Counted from the stretch's first letter, positions 28,739 to 38,723 are shown. The stretch: 64,000 nucleotides of DNA from Bdellovibrionales bacterium (GCA_040380025.1 JBEIJY010000001.1:125307-189306); one strand, 5' to 3'. A program made the numbers and translations. Notes: a model not told the origin generated them from the sequence alone.

Positions 28739-29071
28739 ATGACAACGCCGAATCTGGGTAAGATCGATGGAGGAGCGGGACAGGCCGGAGGGGCCGCCCC
28801 CGAGGACGGAATCCACTCGTTGGATTTCATTCTCGACATTCCCCTCAAGGTGACCGTCGAGCTCGGGAGAACCCGCATGCCGATCCGGGACATTTTGCAG
28901 CTCGTGCAGGGGTCGGTCGTCGAGCTCTCGAAGTTCGCGGGAGAGCCGCTCGAGGTGCTCGTGAATGATCGTCTGGTCGCGCGCGGAGAAGTGGTCACGG
29001 TGAACGAAAAGTTCGGAATCCGTCTGACCGACATTCTGTCGCCGATGGAGCGCATCGAGCAGTTGAAATAG
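28739..29071 (+). CDS. fliN: Motor switch protein FliN
   Basis: DIPLKVTVELGRT, ARGEVVTVNEKFGIRL. Confidence 0.96.
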   Translation: MTTPNLGKIDGGAGQAGGAAPEDGIHSLDFILDIPLKVTVELGRTRMPIRDILQLVQGSVVELSKFAGEPLEVLVNDRLVARGEVVTVNEKFGIRLTDILSPMERIEQLK

Positions 29072-29112
29072 TCCGAATCATCATTCCATTCATGGACGAA
29101 GGGAATCCGCAG

Positions 29113-30336
29113 ATGAAAAGCCGAGGATGGCAGTTGAAGCTTGTTTCTACCCCCGTGTCGACGCTGAGGATGGCGCTGATTGCGATGACACTTACGATGA
29201 CGATCACGCTGATGACGGCGTCCCACGTCCGTGCGGCCGCGCTGACGATCCGGCAGATCGACCTTCCCGGCGAAGGGGTCGCGAAAATCCTGCTCGATAC
29301 CGCTCCCCCGCGGGGGACGGTGAACCTGGAGTATGTCCGCGACATCGTGCAGTTTTCGATTCAGAATGCGACGATTTATCCGGCGAAGATCCTGCATGTC
29401 GAAGGCGTACAGCCCTTCACCAAGGTCTTTGCGTATCAGTATGCCCCGAATCTCGTCCGGGTCCGTTTCAGTGTCGACGGAAAAGCCGATCGCTATCAGG
29501 GCAAAATCAAGTTCGAGACCAAAGGGAAATCACTCGTGATCCGCTTCCCTGCAAGCGCACCCGAATCCGCACCGCAATCTGGAAATGAGGAAGGGGAGCG
29601 CTCCCTTCTCGAGAAAGTTCTCGGCAAGACCACTGCTCCCGAAGCCGCGGAAGCGGCCGAGAAACCGAAGCCCGAGGCACCGGCCGTGAAGCCGAAGAAT
29701 GCACGCTCCGCGCCCCCGGCTCAAGCCGAGCTCGGCGGAAAGCCCCAGGGACCGTCGATGTTCCGTTCCCTGTTCGCCATGTTCCTTGTGGTGGGCGGGC
29801 TCGGTCTGGTGCTGATCTACCTGAAACGAAAAAAATCCCCCGCCCAGGCCAAGAAGACGGGCGACTCGTGGATTGCGAACCTTCTTGCCGGCGGTAAAAA
29901 AGACAAGGCCTACATCGAGGTTCTCGCGAATCACGCCCTCGGGCCGAAGCAAAGCATCACCGTGGTGCGAATCAAAGAGCAGCAGTTCGTACTGGGGGTG
30001 ACCCACGATAATGTTCAGCTGATCACCCAGCTCGATGCGGATGAAGCGGATCTGGATCTTCTTGAAGATCCCAAGGTCGCGGATTCGATCGGGAAGATGT
30101 TCGGAGCCAAAGTGAATTCCTCGCGCGCGGCGCCTGCTCCCCGTGTTCCGGCACAGGCTGTTCCGGTGAAGAATTCTGTGGCCCCAGTCGAGGCGTCTCC
30201 ATCTGGTCCCTCATTTGCCGCTCTTTTGCAAGGCAGTGGAGCCGTGAACCGTACGATCGAGACCCAGGTGGGTTTTCAGAATCAGGGTGTCCGCGATCAG
30301 ATCCGCCAAAGACTGAAAGAAATGGGGAACAGCTGA
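29113..30336 (+). CDS. fliO: Long-form FliO with N-terminal periplasmic (AMIN-like) domain
   Basis: TM followed by LGPKQSITVVRI..FVLGVT FliO motif; lies between fliN and fliP; start uncertain. Confidence 0.8.
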   Translation: MKSRGWQLKLVSTPVSTLRMALIAMTLTMTITLMTASHVRAAALTIRQIDLPGEGVAKILLDTAPPRGTVNLEYVRDIVQFSIQNATIYPAKILHVEGVQPFTKVFAYQYAPNLVRVRFSVDGKADRYQGKIKFETKGKSLVIRFPASAPESAPQSGNEEGERSLLEKVLGKTTAPEAAEAAEKPKPEAPAVKPKNARSAPPAQAELGGKPQGPSMFRSLFAMFLVVGGLGLVLIYLKRKKSPAQAKKTGDSWIANLLAGGKKDKAYIEVLANHALGPKQSITVVRIKEQQFVLGVTHDNVQLITQLDADEADLDLLEDPKVADSIGKMFGAKVNSSRAAPAPRVPAQAVPVKNSVAPVEASPSGPSFAALLQGSGAVNRTIETQVGFQNQGVRDQIRQRLKEMGNS

Positions 30337-31100
30337 TGCGGAAGGGATTTCTGCCGGGTTTGCTTGCCCTCGGACTTCTCTCGATCCCTGCCGCGGCCTT
30401 CGCCGCAGGGCCCGGGGATTTCTCGCTTCCATCGCTTGCCTTGAATGTCGCGTCCGGAAAGTCGAGTCCCACGGAGCTCGTGGGCGTCCTCCGGATCGTC
30501 CTCCTCCTTACGGTCCTGACCCTCGCTCCCGCGATCCTCGTGATGATGACCTCGTTCACGCGGGTCGTGATCGTGCTTTCCTTCCTGCGCCAGTCGCTCG
30601 GGGCCCAGCAAATGCCGCCGAACCAGGTCGTGGTCGGGTTGTCGCTGTTTCTCTCGCTTTTCATCATGGCGCCCACCTGGACGAAGATCCAGACCGAGGC
30701 GCTGAATCCGTACCTCGAAGAGCGGATCGATCAAAAAACCGCATTTGCAAAGGCCGAGGCACCCATGCGCGAGTTCATGTTCGCGCAGGTGCGCGAGAAA
30801 GACCTCGAGCTGTTTCTTGGAATGTCAAAAATCGCAAAGCCCGCGAGCCGCGAAGAAGTGCCGACTTGGGTGCTGATTCCCTCATTCATTGTGAGCGAGT
30901 TGAACACGGCGTTTCAGATGGGGTTCATGCTGTATTTGCCGTTTTTGGTCATTGACATGGTGGTCTCGAGCATTCTCATGGCGATGGGGATGATGATGCT
31001 TCCTCCGATGACAATCTCGCTCCCGTTCAAATTGCTCTTGTTCGTGCTCGTCGACGGCTGGGGTTTGGTGGTCGGAAGCATTGTGAAGAGCTTCGGATGA
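30336..31100 (+). CDS. fliP: Export gate FliP
   Basis: MTSFTR, QMPPNQ, MGMMMLPP, LPFKLLLFVLVDGW. Confidence 0.97.
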   Translation: MRKGFLPGLLALGLLSIPAAAFAAGPGDFSLPSLALNVASGKSSPTELVGVLRIVLLLTVLTLAPAILVMMTSFTRVVIVLSFLRQSLGAQQMPPNQVVVGLSLFLSLFIMAPTWTKIQTEALNPYLEERIDQKTAFAKAEAPMREFMFAQVREKDLELFLGMSKIAKPASREEVPTWVLIPSFIVSELNTAFQMGFMLYLPFLVIDMVVSSILMAMGMMMLPPMTISLPFKLLLFVLVDGWGLVVGSIVKSFG

Positions 31101-31130
31101 TGAAGTTGGTATGAAGAAAGGATTCCCGAG

Positions 31131-31400
31131 ATGACCGAAGAAATGGTCCTTCAAATCGGAACCAATGCGATCACCACGATCGCCTATCTCGCAGGCCCTG
31201 TGCTTCTTGCTGCGATGGCCGTCGGGATCGTGATCTCGATCCTCCAGGCCATCACCCAGATCAACGAACAGACCCTGACGTTCATTCCCAAGATGATCGC
31301 AGTCATCCTGACCCTCATGATCATGGCCCCGTGGATGCTGCGGGTGATGCAGGATTACGCGGTCTCCGTGTTCGGCGGCGCAGGGGAGATGTTGCGCTGA
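31131..31400 (+). CDS. fliQ: Export gate FliQ
   Basis: QAITQINEQTLTFIPK. Confidence 0.96.
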   Translation: MTEEMVLQIGTNAITTIAYLAGPVLLAAMAVGIVISILQAITQINEQTLTFIPKMIAVILTLMIMAPWMLRVMQDYAVSVFGGAGEMLR

Positions 31401-32206
31401 TGGTGTTCGAGACCTGGTCCGCTCCGGAGCTCCTGTCGTTTTTCCTGGTGCTCGTCCGCGTGAGCGTGCTTGTGTCTCTTTTGCCAGTGTTCGGCGACAA
31501 GGTGGTGCCTGCGCCGGTGAAGATCCTTCTTTCGCTCACTTTTTCTGCAGTGCTGTTTCCGGTCCTGCGATCGAGCGGCTCGGTACGGGTCAGCGATGCC
31601 GAGATCTGGGCCGAGACTTCCGGCAGGCTGCTCCTTGCGGTCGCGACCGAGGTAATGATCGGGATCGGTGTCGGGTTTGCCTCCCAGCTCGTATTCCAGG
31701 CCGTGACGATCGCGGGTGACTTCATGTCGCAACTGATGGGATTCAGCATGGCCTCGATTTATGACCCCCACATGGAGACCCAGACCGTTGTTTTGGCCCA
31801 GATGCTGAGCGCGCTTGCCATGCTCACGTTCCTGGCGCTTGACGGACATCACATTCTGTTCCGGGCGATGGTCGAGACGTTTCATTCCATTCCCCAGGGC
31901 CATGTGGCCCTGAATGAGGCATTCCGGAACTCCATGCTCGAGCTCGTGAAGAACACGCTTCTGTTCGGGATCCAGCTTTCGGCGCCGATGGCCGCCTGCA
32001 TGTTGCTCGTGAACATCGTGTACGGCGTGCTCGGGAAAGCCCTCCCGCAGTTGAACATCCTGACCCTCTCGATGGCCTCAAGTGCCCTGATCGGCGGATT
32101 CGTCCTCCTAGTGACGTATCCGGGGATCCAGAGCGGGATGAGCAATATCTTCAATTCTTATTTCGAAGATCTGAGCCGTTTCTTGGTGGTGTATGGCGGA
32201 AAATAA
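31400..32206 (+). CDS. fliR: Export gate FliR
   Basis: Multi-TM, QLMGFS, LDGHH, LSAP, PQLNI; ATG overlaps the fliQ stop. Confidence 0.93.
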   Translation: MVFETWSAPELLSFFLVLVRVSVLVSLLPVFGDKVVPAPVKILLSLTFSAVLFPVLRSSGSVRVSDAEIWAETSGRLLLAVATEVMIGIGVGFASQLVFQAVTIAGDFMSQLMGFSMASIYDPHMETQTVVLAQMLSALAMLTFLALDGHHILFRAMVETFHSIPQGHVALNEAFRNSMLELVKNTLLFGIQLSAPMAACMLLVNIVYGVLGKALPQLNILTLSMASSALIGGFVLLVTYPGIQSGMSNIFNSYFEDLSRFLVVYGGK

Positions 32207-33281
32207 CGAAGACAGGAATCTAGAGGACTTGTCGGAAGAGGCGTCACCGTATCGCCTCGAGGAATATCGAAAAAAAGGGCAGGTCGCCCAGAGCAGGGAG
32301 CTTGTGACTCTTGCAGTCGCACTCGCATGCGGATTGGTGCTGTTCGTGACCGCTCCGAGCATTGCCGAGGAAGTGAAGAAGTTCATGCGCGAGGTGTTCA
32401 CCCAGGATCTCGCGATGAAGCCCGGAGCGAATCTTCTCGAGCTTGCCGGGCTCAGGCTCACTCAGATCCTGAAACTGTTCGCGACCATCGGACTTCCGGT
32501 CGCAGTGGTGGGGTTTCTGCTCGGCGTGGGCGGGCATCTGGGGCAGATCGGATTTCTGTTCACCCTCGATCCCCTGACTCCCGATTTCGACAAGATCAAT
32601 CCCTTGAACGGGCTGAAACGGCTGTTCTCGGTTCGAAACCTGATCGAGTCTGCGCGGGTGGTTCTGAAGGGCGTGATTCTGTGCTTCGCCGCCTATGCGA
32701 TTCTGAAGTCTGCGATCCTCTCGTCTCCGGCCCTGCTTTTTTCGCATCCGGGGCAGGTGTTCTCGGTGCTCGGGGACTCGGGGAAGAGCCTGTTCTTCAC
32801 ACTCTGCGGGATTCTTGCGGTTTTCGCGGGAATTGATTTTGTTCTGCAAAGGCGCGAGTACGCTAAGCAGGTCCGGGTCACGAAGCAAGAGGCGAAGCAG
32901 GAAGCCAAGGAACAAGAGGGGGATCCTCTCATCAAGGCCCGTGTCCGGTCGATCCAGCGAGACATGGCCCGGAAGCGCATGATGCAGGCCGTGAAGAAGG
33001 CCGATGTTGTGATCACGAACCCGACCCACATCGCGGTGGCCCTCCAGTACGACAAAGACAAAATGGTGGCCCCGAGGGTGGTGGCCAAGGGTGCGGACTT
33101 CATGGCCGAGCGGATCAAGAAGATCGCGGCCGAGAACGGCGTGGTGACCGTCGAGAACGTGCCACTGGCGCGTTCTCTCTTCAAGTCGGTGAAGGTGGGG
33201 CAGGTGATTCCGAAGACGCTCTTCCAGGCCGTCGCCGAAGTTCTGGCGTATGTGTACAAACTCCGGAATCGGAGCATCTGA
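32193..33281 (+). CDS. flhB: Export switch FlhB
   Basis: KINPLNG, EGDP, VITNPTH autocleavage motif. Confidence 0.96.
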   Translation: MAENNEDRNLEDLSEEASPYRLEEYRKKGQVAQSRELVTLAVALACGLVLFVTAPSIAEEVKKFMREVFTQDLAMKPGANLLELAGLRLTQILKLFATIGLPVAVVGFLLGVGGHLGQIGFLFTLDPLTPDFDKINPLNGLKRLFSVRNLIESARVVLKGVILCFAAYAILKSAILSSPALLFSHPGQVFSVLGDSGKSLFFTLCGILAVFAGIDFVLQRREYAKQVRVTKQEAKQEAKEQEGDPLIKARVRSIQRDMARKRMMQAVKKADVVITNPTHIAVALQYDKDKMVAPRVVAKGADFMAERIKKIAAENGVVTVENVPLARSLFKSVKVGQVIPKTLFQAVAEVLAYVYKLRNRSI

Positions 33282-33284
33282 TGC

Positions 33285-33419
33285 GCGGGATGGAGGGAAG
33301 GGATTGGAATGATTCGATTTTCCCCTCCGAGCCGCGTCCTGCGGCCTCGCTTTCGCGCGTCACGCGCTCGCGAGAGTCGGGGAAAACCGAATCATCCCAG
33401 TCCCGTCTCTCCATCCCGC
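33285..33419. repeat. Structured palindromic repeat element, copy 3, between flhB and flhA
   Basis: 41-bp inverted arms 33285-33325 / 33379-33419 (5 mismatches) enclosing a core homologous to 8022-8077 and 63850-63904. Confidence 0.88.
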
Positions 33420-33562
33420 TCACCCTTCAGGCCCCTTGAAATGCCACGGGCCGAGAAAATTCTTCCCCGTCCGGCCCGAATCACGTTATTCTTTTGGAGA
33501 GGCGGGATGCCTCGTGTTCCGGAACCGGTCCGGAGCGTTTCTGTTGTGAGGAGTCAAGGAAG

Positions 33563-35680
33563 ATGAATCAGGCAGCAGGCCAGACATCACAGTCATCGGG
33601 CAAAGGCCCGTTTTCGAGGCTTTTTGGAAGCCCCGACGTGCTCATGGCCGTCGGGATCATCGGGATCCTTGCGATCATGATCGTACCGCTTCCGGCCTTC
33701 CTGATCGATATCTTCATCTCGCTCGGAATCATCATCTCGATCATCATGCTCGCGACCTCGATCAACGTGAGGCGCGCTCTCGAGTTCAGTTCGTTTCCCA
33801 CCGTTCTTCTCTTGGTGACGCTCTTCCGGCTTTCGTTGAACGTCGCAACGACGCGGGTGATTCTGCTTCGCGGGGCCGATGCCGGAACATCCGCCGCGGG
33901 CTCGGTGATCCACTCCTTCGGTGAATTCGTGATCGGCGGGAATTACGCCGTCGGTCTGGTGGTGTTCGCGATTCTCGTCGTCATCAACTTCGTGGTCATC
34001 ACCAAGGGTGCCGGACGCGTCGCCGAAGTCTCGGCGCGCTTCACCCTCGATGCCTTGCCCGGAAAGCAAATGTCGATCGATGCCGATCTCAACTCGGGCG
34101 GCATCAACGAAGAAGAAGCGAGACGCCGTCGCGCCGACATCGCCCGCGAAGCCGAGTTCTACGGGGCCATGGACGGTGCGAGCAAGTTCGTCCGCGGGGA
34201 CGCCATCGCGGGGATTTTGATCGTATTCATCAATATCTTGGGCGGGATCATCATCGGAACCCTTCAGCGCGGGATGAGCATCGCCGATGCCGCACAGGTG
34301 TTCACGCTTCTGACCATCGGGGATGGTCTCGTGACCCAGATTCCGGCCCTCATCGTTTCGACCGCGGCCGGTATCATTGTCACCCGCTCGGGCGGGCAGA
34401 ACGATCTCGGGACGGACCTAGGAAACCAGGTGTTTTCCCAGCCAAAGGCGCTGTATGCGGGCGCCGGCGTGATGGGGGTTCTTGCGGTGATCCCGGGGCT
34501 TCCGTTTCTTCCGTTTGCGATCCTCGGGGGAGCGTTCGGTTTGATCGCGAATCTGCAGGGCAAGAAGGCCCAGGCGCGAGTCAATGAAGAAACGAAAAAG
34601 AAGGAAGTCGAAAAACTGAAGAAGGAACCCGAGAAGATCGAGAACCTCCTCGGGATCGATCCGCTCGAACTCGAAGTGGGATACGGTCTGGTGAGCCTCG
34701 TGGATGGCGAGAAGAACGGCGATTTGCTCGAGCGGATCACCGGAATCCGCAAGCAGTTCGCGATGGAGATGGGAATCATCGTTCCTCCGCTCCGGATCCG
34801 CGACAATCTCGAGCTGAAGCCGGGCGACTATCAGGTCCTGTTGAAGGGCGTGCCGATCGCGCAGGGTTCGCTCATGGTGGGGCATCTGCTTGCGATGGAT
34901 CCGGGCAACGTGAGCGAGCGCGTCCGAGGAATTCCGACCAAAGAACCCGCGTTCGGCCTCGATGCCCTCTGGATCTCGGCAAACGACAAGGACCAGGCAA
35001 GTTACGCGGGCTATACGGTGGTCGATCTCAGCACCGTGATCGCCACCCACCTTACCGAAGTGGTCCGGGCGCACATCGCCGATCTCCTCGGCCGGCAGGA
35101 GCTTCAGACCCTGCTTGATGGCGTGAAACAGAATGCCCCGAAGGTGGTCGAGGATCTGATTCCTTCCGTGCTCTCGGTGAGCGTGCTCTTGAAAGTCCTG
35201 AAGAACCTCCTTCGCGAGGGAGTTTCGATCCGCGACCTGAAGACCATTCTCGAAGCACTCGCCGAGATGGCGCCGTATCAGAAGGATCCGAATCTCCTGA
35301 CCGAACACGTGCGGACCGCTTTGTCTCGGAACATCACCAAGAAGCTCGTCGGGTTCGACGGGAATCTCACGCTTCTGACGCTCGACAAGAATGTCGAAGA
35401 AACGATCGCGGCCGGGGTGATCCAGACCGATCAGGGGCCGCAGTTGTCGTTGGATCCCGAGTTTGTGCGCCAGTTCATCTCGCGTTTGAACGAGGAAGTG
35501 GCGGGACTCCTTCAAGAGACGAATCAACCGGTGGTTCTCTGTTCGCCGCTGATCCGGCACCACGTGAAGCAACTGGTCGACCGGTTCATCCCGAATGTGA
35601 CCGTGCTCTCGCACAATGAACTCAGTCCGCAAGTGAATATCCGCTCGTTTGGAACGGTGAGGTTGGCATATGCAGGTTAA
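33563..35680 (+). CDS. flhA: Export gate FlhA
   Basis: RVAEVSARFTLDALPGKQMSIDADL, GAMDGASKFV, TIGDGLV; ATG 33563 follows AAGGA. Confidence 0.97.
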   Translation: MNQAAGQTSQSSGKGPFSRLFGSPDVLMAVGIIGILAIMIVPLPAFLIDIFISLGIIISIIMLATSINVRRALEFSSFPTVLLLVTLFRLSLNVATTRVILLRGADAGTSAAGSVIHSFGEFVIGGNYAVGLVVFAILVVINFVVITKGAGRVAEVSARFTLDALPGKQMSIDADLNSGGINEEEARRRRADIAREAEFYGAMDGASKFVRGDAIAGILIVFINILGGIIIGTLQRGMSIADAAQVFTLLTIGDGLVTQIPALIVSTAAGIIVTRSGGQNDLGTDLGNQVFSQPKALYAGAGVMGVLAVIPGLPFLPFAILGGAFGLIANLQGKKAQARVNEETKKKEVEKLKKEPEKIENLLGIDPLELEVGYGLVSLVDGEKNGDLLERITGIRKQFAMEMGIIVPPLRIRDNLELKPGDYQVLLKGVPIAQGSLMVGHLLAMDPGNVSERVRGIPTKEPAFGLDALWISANDKDQASYAGYTVVDLSTVIATHLTEVVRAHIADLLGRQELQTLLDGVKQNAPKVVEDLIPSVLSVSVLLKVLKNLLREGVSIRDLKTILEALAEMAPYQKDPNLLTEHVRTALSRNITKKLVGFDGNLTLLTLDKNVEETIAAGVIQTDQGPQLSLDPEFVRQFISRLNEEVAGLLQETNQPVVLCSPLIRHHVKQLVDRFIPNVTVLSHNELSPQVNIRSFGTVRLAYAG

Positions 35681-37079
35681 GAAATTCGAAGCCCCGACTC
35701 TTCAGGAAGCCCTCGATACGATCAAGCGCGAGCTCGGTCCCGAGGCGATCATTTTGCAAACCAAGCAGAATCGACGCGGGTTCGGGCTGATGTCGAAAGC
35801 CTCGGTCGAGGTGACGGCGGCCGTGTCGGAGCGCGCGGTCGAAAAGAAGGTTTCGGCCGAGAAGCGGATTCCGGAGGGCTACAAGCAAAAGCTCGCTTCC
35901 GCCCCGGCGAGCCGCCAGGCGGATGTCTATGACTCGTACCTCGAAAAGCGGGTCGAACGGGAGCGGGTGCAATTGAGCGCCACCGCCGCCCAGAAGAAGA
36001 TCACGGCCGTCCGCTATGCCGACATCGAGGATGACGAGGGGGTCGCTTCTGCGGTTTCCCGTGCCGCGCGGGAAACCCGCGAAGCGCGCGAGGAACCTGC
36101 GCGGATTCCGGAGGTTGCGGTTCCTGTTGAAGTAGCGGCCGCGATCGATAGCTATTCGCTTGCGAAATCCGCAACCGGAGATGCCGTCCGTGAGGAGTTG
36201 GCGGATCTCAGGCGTCTGGTCGAGGAACTGCGCAAAGAGAGGCGCCGTGCGGAGTACCTCGATTCGGACTCTCCGTTCGAGGCCACCGATGCGCTCGAAG
36301 AGGCGTATGATCTTCTGATTCAAAGCGGAATGGAGCGAAGATTCGCCGTGCAAGTCATGCGGGATGCGGCCCGGAATCTTCCGGTCGAGGCCCGTGCCGA
36401 TCATGCGCAGGTGCTCGATCATGTTGCCGCACGTCTTCTTCGCGGGGTCGAGAGCACGGACTTTTTCGCAGGGGAGGCGGGAGATTCCGCGGTCGCCGGG
36501 ATTCACATATTCGTGGGCGCCGCCGGAGCCGGAAAGACCGCGATGATCGCAAAGCTTGCCACCCATGCCTCCCGCATCAAGCAAGAAAAAATCGGCATCA
36601 TCCGGGTTCAGCTTTCGACGGACGAGGCGGGCGATCCTCTGGCGATTCTCGCAAAGGCCTTGCATGTCCCGCACAGGACTGTGAGCAGTCCCGATGAACT
36701 TCAGGTGGCGATCCAGGACCTTGCCCAGTGCGGGCGGATCTTCGTTGATACTCCGGGAATCCCCGCACGTGACCATGCCGGGATCCGGAAGTTATCTGGA
36801 CTGATCGATCTTGTGCCACGGGGACGGGTTCATCTGGTGGTGAACGCGACCGTGCGCGATGCCGAGCTCCGCGAGCAGGCTCGTGTGTTCGGCGCCATGA
36901 AGCCCGCATCGCTCATGTTCTCGAGGCTCGATGAGACCTTCGCATTCGGCGGGATTTATTCACTGGCGCGACATCTGGGAATTCCGGTCTCGATTTTCTC
37001 GAGCGGCAGAAAAGTGACCGAGCAATGGGAAAAAGCAACAGCCGAGCGGCTCGCGGCATCGATCCTGAACATTCTGTGA
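35670..37079 (+). CDS. flhF: FlhF SRP-family GTPase with atypical G motifs
   Basis: MQVKKFEA..ELGPEAIIL N-terminus, GAAGAGKT, VDTPG, SRLDE; follows flhA. Confidence 0.88.
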   Translation: MQVKKFEAPTLQEALDTIKRELGPEAIILQTKQNRRGFGLMSKASVEVTAAVSERAVEKKVSAEKRIPEGYKQKLASAPASRQADVYDSYLEKRVERERVQLSATAAQKKITAVRYADIEDDEGVASAVSRAARETREAREEPARIPEVAVPVEVAAAIDSYSLAKSATGDAVREELADLRRLVEELRKERRRAEYLDSDSPFEATDALEEAYDLLIQSGMERRFAVQVMRDAARNLPVEARADHAQVLDHVAARLLRGVESTDFFAGEAGDSAVAGIHIFVGAAGAGKTAMIAKLATHASRIKQEKIGIIRVQLSTDEAGDPLAILAKALHVPHRTVSSPDELQVAIQDLAQCGRIFVDTPGIPARDHAGIRKLSGLIDLVPRGRVHLVVNATVRDAELREQARVFGAMKPASLMFSRLDETFAFGGIYSLARHLGIPVSIFSSGRKVTEQWEKATAERLAASILNIL

Positions 37080-37141
37080 TGGATGGCGTGTGGGTTTGAG
37101 GTAAACTGATTCAGGGCGGATCTTGCCACGGAAGGGTAAGC

Positions 37142-38098
37142 ATGGGAACGACAGCGAAGTCAGCAATTCAAAAGTACAAAAAAGCCGATCAAAAGGACGA
37201 ACCGGTCAAGACAGCGGGGCCGGTCGCCCAGGCCATCGAGACCGTCCAGGGAGCGGCAGAGGGGATCGAGAAAACCACGGCCCTTCAGCGCGAGATCGAA
37301 AAAGAACTCGTGCATGATCTGGCTTATTCGAACAAGCTCGTGAAGGGCGATTTTTCGCCGGTGAACACCGATCGCGACCGCCTGATCCGTGAGTACGCGG
37401 GGCTGATCCGCTTCATTGCCCAGAAGATCGCGGCCCGTCTGCCTTCGAATATCGAGCTTGATGATCTGATCAGCTCTGGCGTGATCGGGCTCATGGATGC
37501 GATCGACAAGTACGATTCGAATCGCGACAACAAGTTCAAGACCTACGCCGAGTTCCGGATCCGCGGCGCGATTCTCGATGAGCTGCGCTCGCAGGATTGG
37601 GTTCCGCGCTCCGTCCGCGACAAGGCCAAGATGCTCGAGCGTGCCTACCTGAAAGTCGAACAGCTCAAAGGACGACAGGCCACGGACGAGGAAGTGTGCA
37701 TCGAGCTCGGCATGACGACCGAGCAGTATCACGAGATGCTCGGCGAGGTGAGGAGCGTTTCGCTTCTTTCGTACGATGACCTGACCAACCTGTCGAGCGT
37801 CGACAAGAGGGCGATTCACGGCAACGGAGAAGCGGGAAGCAAGGTTCCGACCCCCTTTAGCGAACTCGGAGTGGCGCACCTGAAGAGGCTCGTGACCGAG
37901 GCGATTGAAGATCTTCCCGAGAAGCAACGCTTGGTGCTTTCGCTCTACTATTACGAGGATTTGAACCTGAAGGAGATCGGCCGCGTTCTCGACGTGACCG
38001 AGAGCCGGGTCAGCCAGCTTCATTCCCAGGCGATTTTGAAGCTGAAGGCACGCCTTCGGAATCACTGGGACGACTTTGTTTCGATGATGAGTCTTTAG
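37142..38098 (+). CDS. fliA: Flagellar sigma factor sigma28 (FliA/WhiG)
   Basis: DDLISSGVIGL, RIRGAILDELRSQDW, LYYYEDL, VTESRVSQLH. Confidence 0.96.
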   Translation: MGTTAKSAIQKYKKADQKDEPVKTAGPVAQAIETVQGAAEGIEKTTALQREIEKELVHDLAYSNKLVKGDFSPVNTDRDRLIREYAGLIRFIAQKIAARLPSNIELDDLISSGVIGLMDAIDKYDSNRDNKFKTYAEFRIRGAILDELRSQDWVPRSVRDKAKMLERAYLKVEQLKGRQATDEEVCIELGMTTEQYHEMLGEVRSVSLLSYDDLTNLSSVDKRAIHGNGEAGSKVPTPFSELGVAHLKRLVTEAIEDLPEKQRLVLSLYYYEDLNLKEIGRVLDVTESRVSQLHSQAILKLKARLRNHWDDFVSMMSL

Positions 38099-38101
38099 AC
38101 T

Positions 38102-38596
38102 TCAAGCCGCCGCAGGGGTATCGGTTGCGGCCGGCGCATCGGTCGATGGAGCCTCGGCTGCCGGCGTTTCGGTTGCCGGAGTTTCGGCGGCGGGAGCGAC
38201 AGCTCCATTTCCGTCTTTTTGCATTTTCTTCAGCTCGAGCACATTCGAAAAGCACCGGTAGAATTTGCGAGCGGGGAAGGGGTTTTCTTCGGTTGGAACC
38301 TCGTTCATGATCCGACCCGAAGAGATCTGCTCATGCAGGTGGGACACGTTCACGCGATAGGTAAGCTCGTGCCCGCTGAACCTCATCTCGATCTCGAGCT
38401 CTTCGTCGATCGTGAACTTCTCGGTGCAAAAAAACGAAAAAATCTTCTCGCTCAGCTCGTTCACCAAAGCATAGCCCGAGAACCCCCGGTCCCCCCGTTT
38501 TGGCGCTCTGATTTTCAATGATACTCGTTTCAAACGGCTATCTCCCATGAAAAGGTGAGCAATGCTGCTGGCTCCGGTAGCAATGATCTGTCTCAT
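38102..38596 (-). CDS. Hypothetical protein, possibly a degenerate PilZ-like domain, with Ala/Thr/Pro-rich tail
   Basis: Clean ORF convergent with fliA; NELSEKIFSF..FTIDEELEI loosely resembles the PilZ beta-barrel. Confidence 0.6.
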   Translation of the reverse strand: MRQIIATGASSIAHLFMGDSRLKRVSLKIRAPKRGDRGFSGYALVNELSEKIFSFFCTEKFTIDEELEIEMRFSGHELTYRVNVSHLHEQISSGRIMNEVPTEENPFPARKFYRCFSNVLELKKMQKDGNGAVAPAAETPATETPAAEAPSTDAPAATDTPAAA

Positions 38597-38694
38597 CTGA
38601 CTTTAATGGTCGTTTATTGGGTGAATGAAGTCAATCCTGTGTCATTTCAGACACTTCCTGTTTAATTAAAGCGGATTATTTTTATATGGTTTTA

Positions 38695-38723
38695 TTGACG
38701 CGCCCCCAGTTCGGAGTCATACT
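38695..38723 (+). promoter_or_regulatory. Putative sigma70 promoter upstream of flp
   Basis: TTGACG-N17-CATACT preceded by an AT-rich tract. Confidence 0.6.

Noticed and set aside
33285..33419. Repeat cores as CRISPR repeats, tRNAs or attC sites
   Set aside because: Not arrayed with spacers; no cas or integrase gene; no T-loop/anticodon cloverleaf; no RYYYAAC/GTTRRRY ends
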